Shown: piece by piece, positions 7,529-15,900 of the stretch
Layout: each line of letters begins with the position of its first letter
How positions within the stretch are numbered: position 1 is the stretch's first letter
IMG/VR virus record: IMGVR_UViG_3300020442_000017
Coordinates: 28,305-92,304 of that record
Source: a virus
Length of the DNA: 64,000 nucleotides
Direction: 5' to 3' (one strand)
The notes under the pieces: model-generated
Database searches by the model: none
The model's input: only the letters and a program-made list of their open reading frames with translations
What the model was told of the DNA's origin: nothing
Made by a program: the position numbers and the translations under genes

Positions 7529-7750
7529 ATGATCAGCATTTCACCCATCTCCCCTACCGTCTCCCAGTCAGTATGGACGCTTAAGGTCAACCCCTTCACA
7601 GGGTCATGCCGTGTCCGTTGGTTTAAGGGGTGCTTGACTGAGTACACCTTCAAGACTCGCAAGCGTGACATCCTAGCACTGATGATGGCAGGCGACAGGT
7701 CACTGGGTCAGTGGGTAAACTGGCACATGCGTAATGGCATTGCTGCCTGA
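7529..7750 (+). CDS. KTSC-like domain protein
   Basis: SQSVWTLKVNPFTGSCRVRWFKG..EYTF...SLGQWVN resembles the KTSC pattern; in-frame ATG at 7529. Confidence 0.5.
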   Translation: MISISPISPTVSQSVWTLKVNPFTGSCRVRWFKGCLTEYTFKTRKRDILALMMAGDRSLGQWVNWHMRNGIAA

Positions 7751-7762
7751 TACCCCTATAAT
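7707..7762 (+). promoter_or_regulatory. early promoter with palindromic upstream motif (copy 8)
   Basis: GTCAGT-N6-ACTGGCACA (7707-7727), TATAAT 7757-7762. Confidence 0.8.
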
Positions 7763-7789
7763 AAGAGAGTACACAACACAGGACACAGC

Positions 7790-8041
7790 ATGAACGGTTG
7801 GGCAAACTACGAAACATGGAATGCATCACTTTGGATCAACAATGATGAATTTCTCTATAACACTGCCAAGGCATGTGTACGGTTTGCAGTCAACGAAGAA
7901 CCATGGACTAAGTTCGTTCGGTGCATGATGGATGGCGAAATCGGTCGCCATTTGTGTCAGACAGGCGACGGCGTTTCTTGGGATGATCCTAACATTGACG
8001 CTGACGAAATGAACGACATGATGCTAGAACTAGTCATGTGA
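7790..8041 (+). CDS. conserved phage hypothetical protein (NGWxNYETW family)
   Basis: MNGWANYETWNASLWINNDEFLY; AGGA RBS. Confidence 0.8.
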   Translation: MNGWANYETWNASLWINNDEFLYNTAKACVRFAVNEEPWTKFVRCMMDGEIGRHLCQTGDGVSWDDPNIDADEMNDMMLELVM

Positions 8042-8052
8042 CAGTATACACA

Positions 8053-8078
8053 GGGGGCAGTTATTTGCCCCCTTATTT
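8053..8078 (+). terminator. rho-independent terminator closing the early array
   Basis: GGGGGCA-GTTATT-TGCCCCC followed by TTATTT. Confidence 0.7.
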
Positions 8079-8214
8079 GTTACTAACGGGGTGCCGAGCG
8101 ATGATGGGACTCCTAACCCTTCTCTAACCTACAAAAGTATCCAAACGAGTGATAAATATTCATCGTATATAAAAAAATTTCCTGGAAAATTTTAGGCGAA
8201 AAAAGTCGCCCATA

Positions 8215-8223
8215 TGCTATAAT
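8215..8223 (+). promoter_or_regulatory. extended -10 promoter
   Basis: TGCTATAAT upstream of ATG at 8248. Confidence 0.5.
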
Positions 8224-8247
8224 CAAAATACCTGAGAACACCACAGT

Positions 8248-8598
8248 ATGACACACGAAGAAATGCTTGAAGAAGCAGCACGTAGGGAAGGAACGCCCGA
8301 AGCACCCGACGCAAACGTGATTATTACTCCTGACCTCCATAAGGATAGTCTAGACTATGAGGACATGTATTACGAGACAGCACACAAGGAGTTGCTAGAG
8401 AATCCACGGTATGCCGTCCATGTACACGAGACACAAATCAATAGGTTGATTGAAGTACTGGATGAAGTTGCAAAACGACTCATCTCTTTGGAAGAGACTG
8501 TAAATCAAATGCAAGTTGAGATGCGATTCAGTAAACCAAAGAATGATGGTCCCCCAACACCACCATCAGAAGGTGCAGACGCATGGTCTTATGAGTAA
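8248..8598 (+). CDS. hypothetical protein (coiled-coil C-terminal half)
   Basis: 116-aa ORF. Confidence 0.7.
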   Translation: MTHEEMLEEAARREGTPEAPDANVIITPDLHKDSLDYEDMYYETAHKELLENPRYAVHVHETQINRLIEVLDEVAKRLISLEETVNQMQVEMRFSKPKNDGPPTPPSEGADAWSYE

Positions 8599-8603
8599 GA
8601 ACA

Positions 8604-8876
8604 ATGGAAAAGCGTAAACTAACAGATTCACTGAACGGTGAGTTTGAACCAGAGGATATTGATAATATTCTAGATAACTTTGACCAGTTTTGCGATGAAT
8701 TTGAAAATGCAGCCGCAAAGCGATTTGCAGGAAGAGATAATGACTCCCGAACACCAATCACACATAGCAGCGTTGAATCAGTCACTCCAGTCGTTGTCCG
8801 AGAGGTTGAACCACTTGGAGCAGAGGATCTTATCGCTGGAGAGTCCCCAATTGATGTACAAGCGTCCGAACTCTGA
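8604..8876 (+). CDS. acidic hypothetical protein
   Basis: 90-aa ORF overlapping the next gene. Confidence 0.6.
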   Translation: MEKRKLTDSLNGEFEPEDIDNILDNFDQFCDEFENAAAKRFAGRDNDSRTPITHSSVESVTPVVVREVEPLGAEDLIAGESPIDVQASEL

Positions 8877-8991
8877 GAAGTACGAGACTATTGCAACGAC
8901 ACTAGACTACCTACATAAACATGTGGAAGCACTAGAAAACGTTCATAAGTACAGACTAAGATGGCAGCAACCGTCAGAACAGGAGACCTAG
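8740..8991 (+). CDS. coiled-coil hypothetical protein
   Basis: In-frame ATG at 8740 with a purine-rich RBS; heptad pattern. Confidence 0.55.
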   Translation: MTPEHQSHIAALNQSLQSLSERLNHLEQRILSLESPQLMYKRPNSEKYETIATTLDYLHKHVEALENVHKYRLRWQQPSEQET

Positions 8992-9308
8992 TAAAGACAA
9001 CCGAACCATGTCATGCACCTGGTACCATTCCAATAGCACCGAGACCTGAGGGTACAGTACTAATTAATGGTAAGGCAGCGGCAAGGTTGGGAGATCTCAC
9101 ATTGCCATATGGCGAAGGGTTTCCACCTGTCTGTGTATCCAACGCAGGCAGACCGATCACTGGACCATGTGTTCCAACAGTTCTCGTGGAAGGTAAACCA
9201 CTATCAGTGTTTGGTGATGTGGTTGATGGTAAGAATCCAATATTGGAATATTCTCCAAATGTTTTTGCGAATACAGCAGGAGATGACATTGAGGTTGCAG
9301 AAGAATAG
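8961..9308 (+). CDS. PAAR-repeat spike tip protein (T4 gp5.4-like)
   Basis: ATVRTGD, TVLINGKAAARLGD, TVLVEGKPLSVFGD, SPNVFA. Confidence 0.85.
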   Translation: MAATVRTGDLVKTTEPCHAPGTIPIAPRPEGTVLINGKAAARLGDLTLPYGEGFPPVCVSNAGRPITGPCVPTVLVEGKPLSVFGDVVDGKNPILEYSPNVFANTAGDDIEVAEE

Positions 9309-9349
9309 TCTGCATGTTATAATAGTATTAAACCAACTGGTATTGAATT

Positions 9350-9481
9350 ATGATGATGAAAGGTGGAACCTATGTTCCTTCAACCCCTAAGACGACACGT
9401 CAGGGTAACTCAAAGAATACGAAACTATCTGCGACTAGTCGTAACGGTAAGAAGAAGCGTTACAGAGGTCAAGGCAAGTAA
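9350..9481 (+). CDS. small Lys/Arg-rich protein
   Basis: 43-aa MMMKGGTYVPSTPKTTRQGNSKNTKLSATSRNGKKKRYRGQGK*, TGTTATAAT upstream; not in track. Confidence 0.7.
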   Translation: MMMKGGTYVPSTPKTTRQGNSKNTKLSATSRNGKKKRYRGQGK

Positions 9482-9657
9482 TGGAATGGATTTACAAGAT
9501 TTGGATGGACATCGGATATTGGGAAGGTGCCGTCCTTACACTATGGCTTGTCGGTCTGTACTGGGGTAAGAAGAGACTAGATTTTCATTTTGCCCGACGT
9601 ACTCAACGTGTTATGGAGAAAAGTATCTACAAGGTGAAACTTGTAGAGGACATTTAG
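9481..9657 (+). CDS. small membrane protein
   Basis: 58-aa MEWIYKIWMDIGYWEGAVLTLWLVGLYWGKKRL..., TAATG-coupled; not in track. Confidence 0.6.
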   Translation: MEWIYKIWMDIGYWEGAVLTLWLVGLYWGKKRLDFHFARRTQRVMEKSIYKVKLVEDI

Positions 9658-9701
9658 GAGCGTGGTCTCCGAGCGAAAACACCGAAAAACTCTAAAGGAT
9701 T

Positions 9702-10424
9702 ATGAAAATCAATAAGATTGACGTAGATGAAGATAGAAGTATTACTATTATAGATGATGCTTTTACCGCTGGCGAGATGGATGCATTGTATTCGTATTGC
9801 ATTAGTTTGCAGTACAAGGTATGTAATGTAAGTAATTTTGATATTCAAAATATTACTGATCGTCGTCTACGTGCCGATCTCCCACAAATTAATATGACTA
9901 AGTTAATTGCACAGGATCAGGAGGGTGCAGCACTCCGAAGATCTTTGTGTCCTGATTGTGGAAGGAAAGAAACTCTTGATACAGAAGGAGTAGCAAATAT
10001 TCCTGATGATAATATCTTGAAGTGTATTTTTCATGATAATGATCGTGTAGCAAACTTCAATCAAATCATTGATCCTGAAGAGCATGAATTTGATAATGCA
10101 TATGTTAACCTAGGACTAGTTAATGATTCCCATGAGATCCACGTGGATGGTCCTAGACCAAAGCAAGTGGTCACCATGCTAGTTTATCCCAATCGTCATT
10201 GGGAACCCAACTGGGGCGGCGAGACAGCGTTCTACGAAGAGGATCAATCTGAACTGGTATACTTGAATCCATATGTACCTGGTCGTATTTGTATTTTTGA
10301 TGGAAGTATTCCTCATTGTGCAAAACCACAGGCATTGATTGGAGACAAGTATCGTTATACAGTTGCAGTTAAGTTTTCACGTATTGAAGCAGGAACTAAC
10401 GATTTAGATTATTTTAGTAATTGA
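9702..10424 (+). CDS. 2OG-Fe(II) oxygenase (prolyl-hydroxylase-like)
   Basis: HVD...TMLVYPN..W...WGGET.FY...PGRICIFDGSIPH...RYTVAVKF. Confidence 0.88.
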   Translation: MKINKIDVDEDRSITIIDDAFTAGEMDALYSYCISLQYKVCNVSNFDIQNITDRRLRADLPQINMTKLIAQDQEGAALRRSLCPDCGRKETLDTEGVANIPDDNILKCIFHDNDRVANFNQIIDPEEHEFDNAYVNLGLVNDSHEIHVDGPRPKQVVTMLVYPNRHWEPNWGGETAFYEEDQSELVYLNPYVPGRICIFDGSIPHCAKPQALIGDKYRYTVAVKFSRIEAGTNDLDYFSN

Positions 10425-10425
10425 A

Positions 10426-10710
10426 ATGTATCAAGCATTACCAAGTAGACTACATGTAAAAGATAGTATGGTTGCAGGGCAGGGTATTTTCGCTAAAGAG
10501 AATATCCCTGCTGGTGATGTACTGGGTATGTCACATGTAATTGTAGATGAAGTGATCTATAGAACTCCTCTAGGTGGGTTCCTTAATCACTCAGATGATC
10601 CAAATTGCGTGAAATATTGCGAGGAGAACTTTTACTTTGTGAAGACAACACGTCCTATTCGCAAGGGAGAAGAGTTATTCTTAAAGTACACGTTCTATTC
10701 AGTTAAGTAA
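10426..10710 (+). CDS. minimal SET-domain protein (lysine methyltransferase-like)
   Basis: GQGIFAKENIPAG, GGFLNHSDDPN and IRKGEELFLKY are canonical SET motifs. Confidence 0.9.
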   Translation: MYQALPSRLHVKDSMVAGQGIFAKENIPAGDVLGMSHVIVDEVIYRTPLGGFLNHSDDPNCVKYCEENFYFVKTTRPIRKGEELFLKYTFYSVK

Positions 10711-10750
10711 AAGACGCTAAATAACTACTGACTTCGTATATTGTCGGTAA

Positions 10751-11143
10751 ATGGCGAGCAGATTGTCTTTCAAAGACATTAATATTAATTTCAAGAAGCA
10801 TCCTGTTACTAATGACTTAGTTGTTAGTAGGGATGCTTCTGCTGTTAAGCAAGCAATTATTAATCTTTTACTGACAAATAAAGGAGAGCGTCTGTTTCAA
10901 CCAGACTATGGTTCTGATATTAGAAGTCAATTATTTGAACCTTTAGATTTTGCAACGTGTGCTGTCATCAAGAACTCAATTCTATATACATTGAATACAT
11001 TTGAACCACGTATTGCAGTATCTAAACTTGATGTAAAACCAAATTTTCAAGATAATGGTTTCATGGTAACCATGGAATATGGAATCACAGGTTCTGATGT
11101 ATTACCCACCAACATAGAATTCTTCCTTGCAAGGACGAGATAA
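10751..11143 (+). CDS. g25: baseplate wedge protein gp25
   Basis: AVKQAIINLLLTNKGERLFQPDYGS...LFEP...FEPRI; CTAAATA late-promoter variant at ~10717. Confidence 0.9.
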   Translation: MASRLSFKDININFKKHPVTNDLVVSRDASAVKQAIINLLLTNKGERLFQPDYGSDIRSQLFEPLDFATCAVIKNSILYTLNTFEPRIAVSKLDVKPNFQDNGFMVTMEYGITGSDVLPTNIEFFLARTR

Positions 11144-12945
11144 TGCCATATACCCAAGTAAATAACTTAGACTTCGCTGATATTAAAACTGCTCTCAAAG
11201 AATACATGAGGGCAGAGACAGAATTTACTGACTATGACTTTGAAGGATCGGTCATCAGTCAATTAATTGATGTATTGGCATATAATACGTACTACACGGC
11301 GTTTAACGCCAACATGGTAGTCAATGAACTGTTTCTAGATTCATCCACATTACGAGACAATGTGGTAGCACTAGCGAAACAGTTAGGATATGCACCAAAA
11401 TCAATAACCTCTCCAAAAGCAGAAGTTGATTTACAGTTATTTTTTCCTAATAATTCACCTAGTAATGTAATTATTAAGAGAGGTGGTGGTTTTGTTACAA
11501 ATTATGATGGTTCTCTGTATCAATACGTAGTAAAAGAAGATTATAAACAACCAGTTGTCAACGGCACTGCTACTTTTGAGGATCTTCCCATCTATGAGGG
11601 TACTCTTATTACTACAAAAACACTTGTAGATACCTCACTTAAGAATCAAAGATTTATTATTGAGAACAATGGTGCTGATACTAGCACACTTACTGTTAAG
11701 GTATTTGAAAATGCAAATTCCACAGCAGAGACTATTTTTAGTAAAGCAGAAAATATCTTAGAAGTAGGTGCAGATGATACTGTATACTTCATCAGTGAAA
11801 TTGAAGATGAGAGATATGAGATCTTTTTTGGTGATGGCGTACTAGGAAAGAAACTTGGCAATCAAAATATAGTAGAAATTTCATATGTTGCTACTAATGG
11901 ACCTGTTACTAATGGTGCTAACAACTTCATTTTTAATGGATCTGTTGTAGATGGTGATGGAAATTCACTAGGAGTTCCGTTTTCCGTATCAGATTTAACA
12001 ACATCTTCCGCAGCAAGCGGAGGTGCAACTATAGAATCAGTCTCTAAAATTAAATATAATGCACCAAAATACTTTGGATCACAAAATAGAGCAGTTACAA
12101 GTAATGATTATTCTGCAATTGTGCGGAAGATCTATCCTGCTATTAGCGATATTATTGTATTTGGAGGAGAAGATCAAGAACCACCTGCATATGGTAAAGT
12201 CTTTATTTCAGTAAAACCATCAGAAGCGGCAGCTCTTTCAACTTTTACAAAGAATCAACTAAAAACTGAACTTAAGAAGTACACTGTTGCCTCTATTAGA
12301 CCAGAATTTGTTGATCCTTCTATTCTTTACGTAGAATTGAATACAAGTGTATACTTTGATGGCACTAAAACTCAGTTACTATCTACAGATATTGCTTCAA
12401 AGGTATCAACTGCTGTACAAAATTATTTGACTACCTCAGGAACAGAAAAGTTCAATGGTAAGTTTAGATATTCAAAATTTGTTGGTGTCATTGATGGTTC
12501 CGAACGTGCTATCAATTCAAATGATACCACTGTTACTATGAGGAAAGATTTTATTGCACAAATAAATGCATCCACATACTATGAAATTTGTTATAAGAAT
12601 GCATTCCTAAAAGATTGTGATGATCCTGTAGTTTCATCTACTGGTATGACTGTCTTTGAGCATCCTACTTATACTTCATATCTTGAAGATAGAAGTGGCA
12701 AATTAGTCCTATATAGACTAGATTCTATCACTGGCGACAAAATTGTCTTAAATGATTCTGTTGGTGATGTTAATTATGACACAGGTGAAATTAAAATTTA
12801 TGACTTTACTATCCTAAAAGGTAGTTTTACTGACAATCGTATTGAATTGCGTGTAAAACCTGCTAATAAGGATATTGAAGTAAAGCGTGAGATGTATCTA
12901 TCTGTAGATGTATCAAACAGTAAATTCGTTGCGTATAAAGAGTAG
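11143..12945 (+). CDS. g6: baseplate wedge subunit gp6
   Basis: LDFADIK...FTDYDFEGS...LAYNTYY...NELFLDSSTLR; FGDGVLG; QNRAVTSNDY. Confidence 0.92.
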   Translation: MPYTQVNNLDFADIKTALKEYMRAETEFTDYDFEGSVISQLIDVLAYNTYYTAFNANMVVNELFLDSSTLRDNVVALAKQLGYAPKSITSPKAEVDLQLFFPNNSPSNVIIKRGGGFVTNYDGSLYQYVVKEDYKQPVVNGTATFEDLPIYEGTLITTKTLVDTSLKNQRFIIENNGADTSTLTVKVFENANSTAETIFSKAENILEVGADDTVYFISEIEDERYEIFFGDGVLGKKLGNQNIVEISYVATNGPVTNGANNFIFNGSVVDGDGNSLGVPFSVSDLTTSSAASGGATIESVSKIKYNAPKYFGSQNRAVTSNDYSAIVRKIYPAISDIIVFGGEDQEPPAYGKVFISVKPSEAAALSTFTKNQLKTELKKYTVASIRPEFVDPSILYVELNTSVYFDGTKTQLLSTDIASKVSTAVQNYLTTSGTEKFNGKFRYSKFVGVIDGSERAINSNDTTVTMRKDFIAQINASTYYEICYKNAFLKDCDDPVVSSTGMTVFEHPTYTSYLEDRSGKLVLYRLDSITGDKIVLNDSVGDVNYDTGEIKIYDFTILKGSFTDNRIELRVKPANKDIEVKREMYLSVDVSNSKFVAYKE

Positions 12946-15900
12946 TGCCTAAAACTGCGAATAAAATCTCATTCTTAATTGAGTCACAATTACCTGATTT
13001 CATCAACGAAGAGTATGAACTTTTTACTAAGTTCATACAAAAGTACTATGAGCAGATTGAAATTCAAGGTCAACCGTTGGATATTATCAGTAATCTCCAA
13101 CAGTATCGTGATATTGATTTTTATGAGAAGAATGTATTACAACAGTCAACTACTACATCTGCATATGTCCAAAATGTAGACACTACAATTAGTGTTGTTG
13201 ATGCGACTTCATTCCCCAAGAATGGTGGTTATATCAAAATTGATGATGAGATTTGTTTTTATAGAGAAAGAACTGATAATCAGTTTTTAGAAGTAAGTCG
13301 TGGTGTTAGTGGAAACACGACCATTGGTGATTTATACGAGAAGAGTACTTTTGTAACTACTCAAGCAGACAATCATATTTCTGGTTCTACTGTACAGAAT
13401 ATCAGTAATCTTTTCTTATATTCTCTAGTAAAAAGTTTTGAAAAGGAATATCTAGATAATTTTCCTGAAGAGTATTTAAAAAATGATGTTGATAAGAGAA
13501 CACTTATCAAAAACATTACTTCTTTCTATAAAGCGAAAGGTACTGATCAATCAATTAAGTTCTTATTCAAATGTCTTGTTGACAATGATCCAGAACCACA
13601 AGTTTTATATCCAAGAGAACATACCTTAAAACCATCAGATTCTAATTGGATTAGTAACTATTCAATCAAGGCAAAAGTTTTATCAGGTAACGTTAACGAT
13701 CTCATTGGTAGAAAGATCACACAAACTACTGGTGAATATGCTTCTGCTATTGTAGATAACGTTCAGTATTCTGGTAAGTTTGATGGTGAAGATTTATATG
13801 AACTAATTTTAGCAGAAGGAAGTATTAATGGTTCATTTTCAGTTGCTGCTAGAACTAAATTAACCAAAAATATTTCACCAGGATTAGGTGTTGGTGATAG
13901 AGTTGATGTGTTTTCCACAATGGGTTGGGAAAATGAAGGTACGTTTACTGTTGGTAATGAAGTATTTTCTTATGAAGACAAGAATGTAAATCAATTTGTT
14001 ATTAAATCTAGGACTAGTAATGGTGTATACAGTGATGGAGATCCTGTATTCTTTGGTTCTAATGTAAGTGGTAATGGTGTAGAGTTATTAGTATACGGTA
14101 TTGTATACAACCTAGAAGCAGAAACTAAGTTTCCATATTCATCTACAGGTGATTCTGTAGATATTTCTGATGCAGGATTCCTCACAGATGATATTAGAAT
14201 CTTTGATTCTCAAAATAATCTTAGATGGACTATTGGTGGACTTCCACCTGCTGTAAGTGATTTAGTTTCTAATGTATCTGCAATCTTTGAGGATGCTGAC
14301 ACTTATTACATTGCTTCTTCAGGATTCCCATCTCATAGTATTGGCACACTCCCTGCTGATGCGGCAGATCAAAAGCATCTTAAGATCTTAAGAAAAAGAC
14401 CTATCTCAACTACTGAGTCTTATGAGACTCAATTTAGAGACGTTGGTATTGCCACAAATGGAGTTCCTTTCCTAAGTTACAAAGATGAAGATGTGATTCT
14501 CAATGGACCTCTTCAAAATATTGTTGTTAACAAGAGAGGTAATGGTTATAAGAAACCACCATTCATTCTTGTTAATGGTGTTGCTAATCAAGCAATTGCA
14601 AATCTTGCTGGTGAAGTAGTTGAATCAATTAGTATTACTACAGCAGGAAGTTATATTGATACACCTATAGTTGAAGTTGTATCTGGCAGAAATGGCACAG
14701 TAACTCCAATTGTTACTAATGGTGAGGTTACCAGTATTAGTATTGATAATGCTGGTGAATATTATTCTTCACCACCAGAAGTAAGGATTGCTGATCTTGC
14801 AGGCAAAGGACAATTTGCTGTGTTTAAAGCAGAAGTGTCAACTGCTGGTGAATTGACTGGTTTTGTTAAAGTAAATGGTGGTAAAGGATACACTCAAGGA
14901 AATATACTAGTAGATATCATTCCTGTTGGATCTGGTGCTGTTGCTACTGCCAATATCAAAGAATGGAGAAAAGACAGATTTGTAAAGACAAACGTAGATT
15001 CTGAGAATGGTACATTCTTTACCAATTACGTAAGTTCTAATGGTCAGGGATATGCATATCTAGCATCTCCTGCTACTTTGAGAGCAAATGATAATGGAGT
15101 AAATCATTCTCCTATTCTTGGATTTGCTTATGACGGAAATCCCATTTATGGTCCATATGGATACAGAGATAAATTAGATGCAAATTCACCAATCATTAGA
15201 ATGACATCTAGTTATGGTCCATCATCTACAAGAGTTGATGGTCCTGATGTAACTACATATCCAATCGGAACGTTCATTCAAGATTGGAATTATATCCATG
15301 AAAGAGGAACATTAGATAAAAATAATGGTCGTTATTGTGTCACACCAGAATTCCCAGAAGGTACATATGCATACTTCATCACGGTGGATGATCAGAATGC
15401 TCCTGTATTCCCTTATGTTATCGGCAAGTGTTATTATTCATTACCTGTTGACTCCAACTACAACTCTGAATTAAATCAGTATGATTTACCAAAGAGTGCA
15501 AGAAGATTAAGAACTAGTGATATTGAAAATAATGGTGGTGGTACATCATTACTAATAAAAGATGTAATTAGTGGAAATATTTCATCTGCAACTGTAGAAT
15601 CTTCTTCTGACAACTTTAGAGTTGGTTCTAAGTTAGTTATTGATAATAGTGGAACTGATGGAACTGGTATTGATGCGGAAGTTGAATCTGTAACAGGAAA
15701 GTCGGTACTCTCAATTGAGTCTCAAACTGATAAAGTATTATTTGTATCTCTAAAAGAATCTGCATATCTATTTGATGGTGATAGAGTCACACAAGGAGCA
15801 GCAACAGGTCGTGTTGTGGGTAATGTGTTCTCTGGTACTACATTTGCAATTAAGTCGGTCACAGGGTCTTGGAGTGCTTCTGGAACGCTAACTTCCGATA

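Noticed and set aside
4054-7727. Early motif read as a CRISPR repeat or a canonical CRP/NtcA box
   Set aside because: Spacing is 400-750 nt with genes in between; the geometry matches neither TGTGA-N6-TCACA nor GTA-N8-TAC
3840-8245. tRNA genes in the intergenic gaps
   Set aside because: No cloverleaf with a GTTCRA T-loop and acceptor stem was recognised; tRNAscan-SE would be decisive
9363-9569. Track ORF of 68 aa (and 9067-9390)
   Set aside because: The interval is better explained by PAAR plus two coupled short ORFs (9350-9481 and 9481-9657) in other frames
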